From positions 1,692 through 65,691 of the forward strand of contig JAPLLS010000035.1 in NCBI GenBank assembly GCA_026387435.1: DNA of 64,000 nucleotides, written 5' to 3'. Positions 55,383 to 64,000 of the stretch are shown one piece after another. Each line of letters opens with the position of its first letter. Within the stretch, counting starts at the first letter, position 1. The stretch comes from Candidatus Omnitrophota bacterium. GTDB taxonomy: Bacteria > Omnitrophota > Gorgyraeia > Gygaellales > Profunditerraquicolaceae. The notes below the pieces were generated by a model. It had not been told where the DNA came from, searched no databases, and saw only the letters and a list, made by a program, of their open reading frames with translations. The position numbers were made by a program, and so were the translations under genes.

Positions 55383-56945
55383 TTATTTCGCGTACTCGAT
55401 CGCCCTGGTTTCCCGGATGACCGTTACCTTGATCTGCCCGGGGTATTCCATGCCTTCTTCGATTTTCTTTCTAATATCCCGCGCCAGAGTGGTGGCGTCG
55501 CCATCATTAATTTTCTCCGGCTGAACGATTACCCGGATCTCTCTTCCGGCCTGAATGGCATAAGATTTATCCACGCCCTTAAAAAGATTGGCGATGGACT
55601 CCAACTTCTCCAGCCTCTTGATATACGTTTCCAGAGTTTCTCTTCTGGCTCCCGGACGGGCGGCGCTGATGGCATCCGCCGCTACTGTAAGCACGGCATA
55701 GAAAGTCTTGGCCTCGATTTCTTCATGATGAGCTTCAATAGCGTGGATGACTTCCTGCGACTCGTTGAACTTCTTGGCGGTATCCGCTCCGATCTTGGCG
55801 TGCGTTCCCTCGATCTGATGGTCCAGGGCTTTGCCGATATCATGCAAGAGGCCTACCCGCTTGGCAAGCTTAAAATCCAAACCCAGTTCCGAAGCCATGA
55901 CCCCTACCAGATACGATACTTCTTTGGAGTGCTGCAGCGCATTCTGACCGAAGCTGGTGCGGTATTTCAAACGCCCCAAAAGCCTGACCAATTCCGGGTG
56001 AAGGTTGTCAACCCCGGCATCAAAAGCCGCGCGCTCGCCCTCTTCTTTGATCTTCTCATCCATATCTTTCTTGGTCTTCTCCACGACTTCCTCGATCCGG
56101 CCGGGATGGATCCTCCCGTCGGAAATAAGTTTTTCCAGGCTTAAACGGGCGATCTCCCTGCGCACAGGGTCAAAGCAAGAAAGGGTCACCGCTTCCGGAG
56201 TGTCATCGATGATGACATCCACTCCTGTAGCCATTTCCAGGGCCCGGATGTTCCGGCCTTCTCTTCCGATAACCCTGCCCTTCATTTCATCGCTGGGCAG
56301 ATTGACGACACTTACCGTGGATTCCACGGTGTGCTCTACCGAGCAGCGCTGAATGGCCAGGCTTATAACTTCCGCGGCTTTCTTCTCCGCGGAATTACGC
56401 AGATCTTCTTCCTGCCTTTTGATCAAAACTGCTTTCTCGGAATTTAATTCCTCGTTCAAACGGCTTAAAAGTATCTGGCGCGCTTCTTCCAGGGACAGAT
56501 TGGCTATTTTTTGCAGCCTTTCCTTTTCCTCGGCGATCAAAGACTGAAGCTGGGCTTCTTTTCCCTTAAGCGCTTCTTCCTGTTTCTTCAGGGATTCCAG
56601 CTTGGTCTCGGTATCCTTTTCTTTCTTCTCCAGAAGATCAAGCCTGCGGTCGATGTTTTCTTCTTTCTGGGAGAGCCTTTTTTCCAGATTAGAGATCTCC
56701 TGCCGGCGGTCTTTGGTCTGCTGCTCAAAATCCTGGCGCAACTTGTATAAAAGATCTTTGCCTTCCAGCTCCGCGCTGCGCTTGCGGTCTTCAGCTTCTT
56801 TCTTGGCTTGGTCAACGATGAACTTGGCCTTGGTTTCAGCATCCTGGGTCTTTTTCTCGGCATGGTATCTTCGCACGAAATAACCCAGATATAAAGAAAC
56901 TGCGGCCACTGCGATAAGAATTAACAGGTTTACAAGATTTATCAT
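55383..56945 (-). CDS. rny: Ribonuclease Y
   Basis: N-terminal TM, coiled coil, KH domain (KGRVIGREGRNIR), HD domain (LLHDIGK). Confidence 0.97.
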   Translation of the reverse strand: MINLVNLLILIAVAAVSLYLGYFVRRYHAEKKTQDAETKAKFIVDQAKKEAEDRKRSAELEGKDLLYKLRQDFEQQTKDRRQEISNLEKRLSQKEENIDRRLDLLEKKEKDTETKLESLKKQEEALKGKEAQLQSLIAEEKERLQKIANLSLEEARQILLSRLNEELNSEKAVLIKRQEEDLRNSAEKKAAEVISLAIQRCSVEHTVESTVSVVNLPSDEMKGRVIGREGRNIRALEMATGVDVIIDDTPEAVTLSCFDPVRREIARLSLEKLISDGRIHPGRIEEVVEKTKKDMDEKIKEEGERAAFDAGVDNLHPELVRLLGRLKYRTSFGQNALQHSKEVSYLVGVMASELGLDFKLAKRVGLLHDIGKALDHQIEGTHAKIGADTAKKFNESQEVIHAIEAHHEEIEAKTFYAVLTVAADAISAARPGARRETLETYIKRLEKLESIANLFKGVDKSYAIQAGREIRVIVQPEKINDGDATTLARDIRKKIEEGMEYPGQIKVTVIRETRAIEYAK

Positions 56946-57036
56946 TATTGCTCAACCTCCTCTTTGGATGTTTGGACACAATAATACTGTGCCGGTAAGC
57001 ATCATTGCTGTAGTGGTTATTGTAATTGTTTAAGAA

Positions 57037-57591
57037 TTAAGCAAAGATAACTTTGTCGACGTTTACGTCGTATTCGGTGGTGGGGATAAAAGGTAAGATC
57101 TGAAAGTCGTAGGCCAGGCCGATAGAGACAGAGTGCTTGGTAAGTCTGGATAAAAAACGGTCATAGTAACCCTTGCCTCTTCCCAGCCGCCGGCCCTTCT
57201 TGTCAAAGGCCAGGCCGGGAACAACCACAAGCTCCAGGCTTTTTAAATTGACCGGTTTTTTTAGCGCCGGCTCCCGTATACCATAAGGGCCCCGCAAAAG
57301 CGTTCCCCTGTCTTTTAGCACGCATGGGCTCATTAACCCATTTTTGCCACATACTGGAACAACGACTGTTTTACCTATTTTTTGAGCAGCTTTTATCATA
57401 CCCACGGTATCGACTTCTCCACCAAATGACATATAAAACATCACAGTCTTTGCTTTCTTAAAAACGCGGTTTCGGAAAAGCTTAATCTTGACTTGAAAGC
57501 TTTTCTTATTCCGATTTTCCTCCTTCTGTGTTTTTAGCCTCATTAAAATTGTATTACGAATCTTTTGCTTTGTCAACTTCATGTCCACCAC
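57037..57591 (-). CDS. 5-formyltetrahydrofolate cyclo-ligase
   Basis: GIREP, VPGLAFD, RLGRGKGYYDR. Confidence 0.94.
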   Translation of the reverse strand: MVDMKLTKQKIRNTILMRLKTQKEENRNKKSFQVKIKLFRNRVFKKAKTVMFYMSFGGEVDTVGMIKAAQKIGKTVVVPVCGKNGLMSPCVLKDRGTLLRGPYGIREPALKKPVNLKSLELVVVPGLAFDKKGRRLGRGKGYYDRFLSRLTKHSVSIGLAYDFQILPFIPTTEYDVNVDKVIFA

Positions 57592-57613
57592 CGATTACTT
57601 TTGACCTTAAGAC

Positions 57614-58276
57614 TTACTGCTGTTTAGCGGCCGCCAGCAATTTGTGCGGCTTAAGCACCTTCTGGAAATCGCGGGGAGGCCGGTTTTGCCGGATCTTGTC
57701 CAGCTGACCAAGCTTCTCCAGTTCGCGGTAGATCAAAACCCAGGCGCAATCCCGCTCTTTATCCAGCTCGCATTTACCTTTATCCATCCCCCCGCACGGG
57801 CCGTTCAAAAGCCCTTTGGGGCACAAGGTAACCGGGCAGATCCCGGCAGTAGAATCCAGGACGCAGTTGCAGCAAAGGGAACATTTCTCGAAAAAATTGC
57901 CCTGGCTATCCATGACCGCGCCGAAAACCGTGTTATTCGCCGGGATGACCTTTAATCCGAACCGGTCGTTATCCTTGACCGATTGACAGGCCAAGCCGCA
58001 GGCCAAAACTAAAATTGCCTGAGCTTCCCGGATATTTTTAAGGTTCTTGGCGGTTTCCGCTTTAAGCTTGGCGGCAATGCAGCAGGACTCCGGAATACAC
58101 ATTCCCAAAACCGTTTTTCCGGCGGCTTCTAGCTTTTCTTTCATCGCCTTAAGTTCTTCTTCGCCACCCGACTTACAAAGGGTAGCGCAATCCCCGCAGC
58201 CGAAGAGAAATATTTTCTGGTAATTTTTTAAGCTATCTATAACTTCCTGAAAGGGTTTTGCCTCAGAAATAATCAT
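57614..58276 (-). CDS. Methylenetetrahydrofolate reductase C-terminal domain (MetV-like) protein
   Basis: GCGDCATLC, CPVTLCPKGLLNGPCGG, CAWVLIY. Confidence 0.88.
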   Translation of the reverse strand: MIISEAKPFQEVIDSLKNYQKIFLFGCGDCATLCKSGGEEELKAMKEKLEAAGKTVLGMCIPESCCIAAKLKAETAKNLKNIREAQAILVLACGLACQSVKDNDRFGLKVIPANNTVFGAVMDSQGNFFEKCSLCCNCVLDSTAGICPVTLCPKGLLNGPCGGMDKGKCELDKERDCAWVLIYRELEKLGQLDKIRQNRPPRDFQKVLKPHKLLAAAKQQ

Positions 58277-58363
58277 TCGTTTTCTCCGTTAAATATTTTA
58301 ACTCTATATTATTCTATCACGGTTTGGTCGAAGCCTCAAGTAAAAATAAATGAGGCCATAACT

Positions 58364-58490
58364 TAAATTCGCGCATAAGTTGTGGAGCCGGCAATCAAAT
58401 ACTCTAAGCGACATCAACTTATAAGCGCGAATTTACTCCGAGCGTGTAAGCAAATTCCCAGAGGAATTTGCGAACGTTACGCGAGGAGGA
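58364..58490. repeat. Two adjacent palindromic elements
   Basis: TAAATTCGCGC-ATAAGTTG ... CAACTTAT-AA-GCGCGAATTTA; GCAAATTCC-CAGA-GGAATTTGC. Confidence 0.6.
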
Positions 58491-58529
58491 GATACTCAAA
58501 ATCTGCGAGTGTTAGCCGAGGGCGGAGGT

Positions 58530-58565
58530 AAAAATAAAAGGGGGGCGCTTCATAGAAACGCCCCC
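58530..58565 (-). terminator. Terminator of the 6S RNA
   Basis: GGGGGCG ... CGCCCCC followed by CTTTTATTTTT. Confidence 0.75.
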
Positions 58566-58571
58566 TAATAT

Positions 58572-58726
58572 ATCCCCGCCTGTGCCGTTGATACCTGAAA
58601 CGCTGAACCTTTCGGTTTCAGGTGGGTGCCTTGTCCGGATACCAAGGTATCCTGGAAGTCAGGCTCCCATAATTATACTGTTGGTTCAACAATTCTCAGG
58701 CAATAGCCAACGAACACTGCAGGGAT
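58572..58726 (-). ncRNA. ssrS: 6S RNA
   Basis: Closing stem ATCCCTGC ... GCGGGGAT; TGAACC / GGTTCA, GGGAGCC, GGCACCCACCTG motifs; own promoter; pheT - 6S - cyclo-ligase - rny - ymdB synteny. Confidence 0.85.
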
Positions 58727-58787
58727 TTATCTTTCGCAATTAAAGTATAACACAAAAAGCCGGTACGTCAATATCACCGTAATACCT

Positions 58788-59618
58788 TTATCCGATTCTC
58801 TTTTGAGTTTCTTTTTCTTTCAGGTAATTATGCCGGGACACTATCGGCCGTTTCAACCGTCTTTCCAGTTCCTTTCGAGCATTCCCGGCAATACGCCCGC
58901 CTGCGCGCGCATCCGTTTTAAGCTTCTTTACTCCTTTAGAATCTTCATTACGATGAATCTCGGTACTAGACCGTTCTCCGAGCATGGTAAATATCAATTC
59001 AAGGTCATCCATATGATCACGTAAATTTTCCCGTTTTAGCCCTTTTATTTCTTTGTATTCGGAAGGCGTAACGCCAAATGTTGCTCTTGATATTTCCGAG
59101 GTCAAAATTTCATAATCTTTTTCTTCTTGGGCCCCGCGTTTCTGCCATTCATCGGTCAACTCTTCCCTAATGGCGATACCGCGCATCCGTTTCTCGATCC
59201 AGTCATCGCTGTAACCTTTAAGTTTATATAACATTCTTGTTCTTTTTGTAGCAAGCTCCGGGTTCTCGATTTCCTGGACTCGCTCATAACCAACTTTTGC
59301 CAACCAGCGCTTGAACGGTTCGGCTTTAGGTGAGGAGATAGATTGAATGATACGAAACATGGTCTCCGTATCAGCACAATCCGTCATATACAATTTACCG
59401 TCAGACGAAGGAAGCTTCAGTTGTACGATTTTTTCGTACAACTCAGAATAACCCTCATCAGTAAGCTTTTTCTTAAGATCACTCCAATACCTACGCGGGA
59501 TACTGCTACCCGAAAGAATTTCTACGACATCAACGACTGAAAAATACCACTCGTTTTGATTCAAAATCTTCCTTACTCTCCGGCCTTTAAATATCGCGAT
59601 CTTTGTCTCCGGCTGCAT
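58788..59618 (-). CDS. BRO-N domain protein (phage antirepressor-like)
   Basis: RBS GAGGAG; WYFSVVDVV, KAEPFKRWLA, ENLRDHM. Confidence 0.85.
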   Translation of the reverse strand: MQPETKIAIFKGRRVRKILNQNEWYFSVVDVVEILSGSSIPRRYWSDLKKKLTDEGYSELYEKIVQLKLPSSDGKLYMTDCADTETMFRIIQSISSPKAEPFKRWLAKVGYERVQEIENPELATKRTRMLYKLKGYSDDWIEKRMRGIAIREELTDEWQKRGAQEEKDYEILTSEISRATFGVTPSEYKEIKGLKRENLRDHMDDLELIFTMLGERSSTEIHRNEDSKGVKKLKTDARAGGRIAGNARKELERRLKRPIVSRHNYLKEKETQKRIG

Positions 59619-59778
59619 ACAATACTCCTCTCGCTGCTGTGTTTTCTTTCCCATAAACAAAAAACCTCCGCCCGTTTCCGAACGAAGGTTTTCGTTATTT
59701 TTAAGTGGCAGTTCCCCCTTCTAACGATACCACTGATTGTTCCTCTCTACTGATTATCTTTTACCACAATTTCTTGCT

Positions 59779-61827
59779 TTAGTCAACCGTTTTAATCTGA
59801 AATTTTTCCTGGAGGGCTTTTACTATCCGCTCGTGGGCCGGGGCGACTTCGTCTTCGGTAAGAGTCCGGGAATCCGAACAATATTTGCAGGAAATAGTAA
59901 TCCTTTTGAATCCAACGGGAACATTTTCGCCTTCATAGCTGTCTTTGAATCCCGCTTCAGCCAACAGGCTTTCTTCCAAGCCATAAATAGCTTGGGTTAT
60001 ATCGTCAAGAGAAATTTCGCTTTTAATCGGCAGGGTTATGTCCCGGGTAATTCCCGGATAGCGCGGCACCAGCGATAACTGGAATTTTTTCCCGAGATTG
60101 ACTTTCGGCAGGATCTTTTCCTCCAGATCCAGTTCGGCGACAAACACGTCTTTATGCTTAATGTCCAATGCCTCCAGGATCTTCCCGGGCAACTTTCGAA
60201 ATATGCCGACTCTTTCTTTATCTAAAATAACCTCTACCTGCTCATTGTCGATAAAACGGTAGTTGCTTTTTTTGATATCCAGCCCCAGACGGATAAAAAG
60301 TGTTTCGATTATTCCTTTTAAATGCAAAAATCCGGGCTCATCCGCGACATGGCCAATTTTCGGGCCGAACCACCGGGAATTAGTACCGCACAACGCCAGA
60401 GCCAGAGAATATTTTTCTTTGATTTTCCCCGAAGCCAGTTGATAAGTTTTGGCGATCTCAAAAATGCTGGTGCAGGGGTTCTGTTGACGCAGGTTGTAAG
60501 CGACTCGCGAAGCCAGGCTGAATGATAGCATCGGCCTCATCAATTCCTGCTCCAGGCTCAAGGGGTTGGAAACTTCGATTAAAGCCTCTTGACGATCCCA
60601 GAACCCTTCCAGGCTTTTGCGCTCGATAAGACTATGGGTAATCACCTCGTTCAACCCCAGGCCGACAAGTATATCTTTGATCAAGCCCAGATGATCCCGG
60701 GATTTTTCTTTCTGACTGTTCAAGACCACGGAAGCCAGCGTCGAGGGGATATTTTCAAAGCCGTAAATCCTGGCCAGCTCTTCCACCAGATCTATTTCCG
60801 CCTTAACATCCAGGCGCCAGGACGGCACGTCAAGGATAAGCATAGTTTTGGTCTTGGCTTGAATTTTGAAGCCCAGGCTGGTTAAAATATCTTTTACTCG
60901 GGCTACAGGAATATCTATGCCCAGGTATTTTTTAACGCTCCCCAAGGAAAAATCGACCTTGAGAGTTTTCTCCGGGAAGCTTCCGGAAATTTCCGCGCAA
61001 ACCTCTTGTCCGCCGCAACACTCGGCGATCAATTGGCTGGCCCTTAAAGACGCCGCTTCCACGGCTTGCGGGTCGATCCCCCGCTCAAATCTATAGGAAG
61101 CGTCGCTGTTCATCCCTAATTTCTGCCGGCCTCTGCGGACTATTACCGGATTGAATATCGCGGCCTCTAAAAGGACGCTCTTGGTAGCTTCCGTTACTTC
61201 CGTATCTTTTCCGCCCATTACTCCGGCAATGGCCACGGGCTTATCTTTATCGGCGATCACCAGTATATCCGGGCTGAGTTTGCGAACTTGCGCGTCTATG
61301 CTAACCAGGCTTTCGTTATCCTTCGCCCGGCGGACAATGATTTTTCCGCCGTTTAATTTATCCAGATCAAAAGCGTGCAGCGGCTCGCCCACCTCGAATA
61401 AAACATAATTGGTGATATCCACCACGTTGTTTACGCTGCGTAGTCCGATCAGCTCCAGCCGCTCCTTGAGCCATTTCGGAGAAGAACCGACTTTTACGTT
61501 ACGAATTACCCTGGCAGTATAAACCGAGCAGTCTTTCTTGTCCTCTATCTGAATACCAAATTTATCTTTTCCCTGTGACTTTGTGACCTTGTGACTTTGT
61601 GACCTTTTAAGCTCCCTGCCCGTAAGCGCCGCGGCTTCTCTGGCCACTCCGACAACGCTTAACCAGTCCGGCCGGTTGGAAGTGATCTCGATCTCCAAGA
61701 CGAAATCACCGGCTTTTTCCTCAATGGACTTGACTTCCAGCCCAGCCATGGTCAATTTCTCAGCCAGCGCTGCAGCTGGAATTTTTATATCCGCGAAGTC
61801 TTTTAACCAGTTATAGGTAACTTTCAT
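59779..61827 (-). CDS. pheT: Phenylalanine--tRNA ligase beta subunit (short form, no B2 OB domain)
   Basis: ITSNRPD, NVVDITNY, RFERG, DLVEELARIYG, C-terminal FDX-ACB domain. Confidence 0.95.
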   Translation of the reverse strand: MKVTYNWLKDFADIKIPAAALAEKLTMAGLEVKSIEEKAGDFVLEIEITSNRPDWLSVVGVAREAAALTGRELKRSQSHKVTKSQGKDKFGIQIEDKKDCSVYTARVIRNVKVGSSPKWLKERLELIGLRSVNNVVDITNYVLFEVGEPLHAFDLDKLNGGKIIVRRAKDNESLVSIDAQVRKLSPDILVIADKDKPVAIAGVMGGKDTEVTEATKSVLLEAAIFNPVIVRRGRQKLGMNSDASYRFERGIDPQAVEAASLRASQLIAECCGGQEVCAEISGSFPEKTLKVDFSLGSVKKYLGIDIPVARVKDILTSLGFKIQAKTKTMLILDVPSWRLDVKAEIDLVEELARIYGFENIPSTLASVVLNSQKEKSRDHLGLIKDILVGLGLNEVITHSLIERKSLEGFWDRQEALIEVSNPLSLEQELMRPMLSFSLASRVAYNLRQQNPCTSIFEIAKTYQLASGKIKEKYSLALALCGTNSRWFGPKIGHVADEPGFLHLKGIIETLFIRLGLDIKKSNYRFIDNEQVEVILDKERVGIFRKLPGKILEALDIKHKDVFVAELDLEEKILPKVNLGKKFQLSLVPRYPGITRDITLPIKSEISLDDITQAIYGLEESLLAEAGFKDSYEGENVPVGFKRITISCKYCSDSRTLTEDEVAPAHERIVKALQEKFQIKTVD
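61574..61603. repeat. Four 8-bp repeats (TGTGACYT) inside pheT
   Basis: TGTGAC at 61574, 61582, 61590 and 61598; encodes SQSHKVTKSQ. Confidence 0.85.
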
Positions 61828-61830
61828 TTT

Positions 61831-62831
61831 TTAGAATTGATTTAGGAAACGCAGATCGTTCTCAAAAAACAGCCGGATGTCATTTATCCCGTATTTAAGC
61901 ATGGCGATCCGCTCCACCCCCATGCCGAAAGCGAAGCCGGTGTATTTCTTGGGGTCATACCCCACATTTTTAAAAACATTGGGATGGATCATCCCCGAGC
62001 CGAGGACCTCCAGCCAGCCCTTTCGGCCGCAGACCGAACAGCCTTTGCCCTTGCAAATGATGCAGGAAATATCCACTTCCGCGGAAGGTTCGGTAAAAGG
62101 GAAAAAATGCGGCCGGAAACGCATCTTGATATCCTGGCCGAAAATCCCTTTGGCGAAAAACTCCAGAACTCCCTTAAGATCCCCCAGGGTAATGTTCTCG
62201 CCGACCATGAACCCTTCGATCTGGTGAAACATGAAAGAATGCGATGCGTCCACCGCATCCGGCCGGTACACTCTACCGGGAACCACAATCGCAAGCGGAG
62301 GCTTGCGCGATTTCATCGCCCGTATCTGCACCGGCGAAGTGTGGCTGCGCAAAAGCAGCTTGGAGTAATCCTTTAAATAGAAGGTGTCAAAGGCATCGCG
62401 GGAAGGATGATCTAAGGGGATATTTAACCCGGTGAAATTATTAAACTCTGTCTCAATCTCCGGGCCCTCAACGATAGAAAAACCCATTTGGGTGAATATG
62501 ACACAGATCTCATCGATTACCTGTTGCGGCCGAGCTCCTGGCAAACCCCCGGCAAACTTATATCTATGCGCGGAGTTTTTTCTTGCGGACCGGCGGTCTT
62601 AAGCTGTGATTCTTTATCGTTAAAAAGCCCGGTCAGCCGGTTCTTAAGTTCATTGACCTGCTTGCCGAAAGCCCCCCGCTCAACAACCGGAAGTGTAGGG
62701 ATCGAACCGGTAAGCCCGGCCAGAATACCTTTTCTTCCCAGGTATTTTACCTTTAGTTCCTCTAATGCCAAGGCAGATTCGCAGTCTTTTATTTCCGCTT
62801 CCGCGGCTTGATTAATACTGTTGATATCCAT
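61831..62831 (-). pseudogene. pheS: Phenylalanine--tRNA ligase alpha subunit, split by a frameshift near 62525 (probably a sequence or assembly error)
   Basis: N-part (YLGRKG ... IDISLPG) 62517-62831 and C-part (QVIDEI ... LRSHTS ... FPFTEPS ... GMGVER) lie in different frames; the conserved HP motif is missing at the junction. Confidence 0.85.
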
Positions 62832-63328
62832 AAGATTATTAATATTGTCCCCAGGCCAAAAGCGAGCTTCTGCCTATGGCTGCTTAAATGTTGTTTAACC
62901 CTGTTCCCGCTTTTTAGTACCTGCAGGCTTTCCGCGTGGATATCCAGATCGCCGCCGTGGACTAAGCAGGAGCGGTGGAATGCGCCGCTAACCTCAACTA
63001 AATCTCCGATAACCTTGTATGATCCGGTATTGGCGATCTTGCCAACCAGATCTTTCTTGATCCAGATCCCCAGCGCGTTTTTTCCGTCGTTAAGATTGAC
63101 CCAGGCGTATTCCCCCCTGGCCATGACCTCCCCGATAACCTCGCCCTGAAAGACCACGGTTTGGCCGTCGTAATCCTTGGCTTTGTTGATCAATTCCGTG
63201 CTGGAAATTGTCTGGGCAAAACTTTTCCCCAGGGCCAGAAAAACAACACCCAAAAGTATTGCGCCCTGAATCGAGCGTATTGCGTTTCGAAGAATCACGT
63301 GTGACGTGTGACATGTGACGTGTGACAT
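62789..63328 (-). CDS. Membrane-anchored OB-fold protein
   Basis: Signal/TM, YDGQTVVFQGEVIG, GDLVEVSGAF, C-terminal TM; start uncertain. Confidence 0.65.
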   Translation of the reverse strand: MSHVTCHTSHVILRNAIRSIQGAILLGVVFLALGKSFAQTISSTELINKAKDYDGQTVVFQGEVIGEVMARGEYAWVNLNDGKNALGIWIKKDLVGKIANTGSYKVIGDLVEVSGAFHRSCLVHGGDLDIHAESLQVLKSGNRVKQHLSSHRQKLAFGLGTILIILWISTVLIKPRKRK

Positions 63329-63329
63329 G
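63300..63329. repeat. Four 7-bp repeats (TGTGAC[A/G])
   Basis: TGTGAC at 63300, 63307, 63314 and 63321. Confidence 0.85.
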
Positions 63330-63331
63330 CT

Positions 63332-64000
63332 TTATTTCCCCTTAAAAGCAGCGTAAATAAAACCTAACAAGGTTAGCACTGACATAAACTCCAGCCTACC
63401 CGCCCACATTTGAATTATATAGGTAACTTTTATGGCTGAGGGCATTCCCACATCGGTGATCCCGCAGGACAAGCCCACATTGGCCGCGGCGGAAGTCGAT
63501 TCAAAAAGAGAATTAAGAAATGGATACCCGTAAAACATTCCCACGATCGCGCCCAGGCCGTAAAGAAGAAGGTAGCCCAGAGTTATGATCAGCGCCGGCC
63601 TGACCTGCTTATCTTCCAGGAAAACTTCTTTAATATGGTGGAATTTCTGGACCACGATCGCCCGTTCCGGCAAGATTATCTTTTTAATATCCTGGGCCAA
63701 GGCTTTAAAAATTATCCCGATACGGATCATTTTTATGGCTCCGGTCGTAGAACAAACAGCCCCTCCTAAAGCCATGGCGCAAATCACTCCTACCAGGGCG
63801 AGATCGTTCCAATCGGTAAGAAACTGGCGGGCATAAATAGTTTGAAAACCGGTACCAGTGTGGCCGGAGATCAGCTGATAAAAACCTTTGCGGAACAAGA
63901 CCATAGCCTTGGGGTAGGCTCCGGCCTCATAAAGCCCGAACGCAGTGATCAAAAAAGTCAGCAGTATGGTCGCGAAAAATGTCCGGGTCTCGATATTCTT
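63332..64000 (-). CDS. trkH: TrkH-family potassium uptake protein (3' part)
   Basis: HTGTGF, STTGAIKMIR, SAAANVGLS, WAGRLE; frame open to the window end. Confidence 0.88.
   Translation of the reverse strand, partial: KNIETRTFFATILLTFLITAFGLYEAGAYPKAMVLFRKGFYQLISGHTGTGFQTIYARQFLTDWNDLALVGVICAMALGGAVCSTTGAIKMIRIGIIFKALAQDIKKIILPERAIVVQKFHHIKEVFLEDKQVRPALIITLGYLLLYGLGAIVGMFYGYPFLNSLFESTSAAANVGLSCGITDVGMPSAIKVTYIIQMWAGRLEFMSVLTLLGFIYAAFKGK

Noticed and set aside
58788-59618. Prophage
   Set aside because: Single BRO gene; no integrase, structural or replication genes nearby.
62500-62560. Programmed ribosomal frameshift in pheS
   Set aside because: No slippery heptamer at the junction, and conserved residues are missing in all frames, which indicates a deletion.
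29349-63836. Numerous 60-230 aa opposite-strand ORFs over housekeeping genes (e.g. 54597-55289, 54883-55524, 41875-42360)
   Set aside because: Fully overlap well-supported genes and have no recognisable motifs.

Overview
Bacterial chromosome window, most likely Candidatus Omnitrophota (inferred from gene content and protein style, not from a marker gene). 1-29 kb is an accessory surface or predation-type locus, almost all on the minus strand. It holds a Tad/Flp pilus system: PPIase lipoprotein, CpaB, a CpaC secretin fused to a TonB C-terminal domain, a CpaE-CpaF fusion, DUF192, an HTH protein, a tandem array of 14 prepilin-like genes (5 too short for the ORF track), TadB and TadC. Directly downstream is the 5' 3.9 kb of a very large secreted protein missing from the ORF track. 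This protein has a signal peptide, a C39 peptidase domain followed immediately by a double-glycine-leader-like site, and a Gly/Ala-rich body. The giant gene and the pilin array share the same promoter architecture and related terminator-containing leaders, and TGGACA repeat clusters bracket the pilin module. Upstream are glycosyltransferases, a PIG-L/GH3/PIG-L fusion with an apparently circularly permuted GH3 barrel, and a Cys-rich TadG-like protein. 29-34 kb holds a FIST / histidine kinase / REC-GGDEF module and a c-di-GMP-I riboswitch ahead of a secreted lysozyme-like protein. 34-64 kb is mostly housekeeping: glnS, an Ehr (hydrogenase-4-like, no NiFe site) cluster, pabB, gltX, 2-oxoacid:ferredoxin oxidoreductase, dxs, xseAB, ymdB, rny, 6S RNA, pheT, a frameshifted pheS and trkH, plus three tRNAs. 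All calls come from reading motifs by eye; no searches were run.
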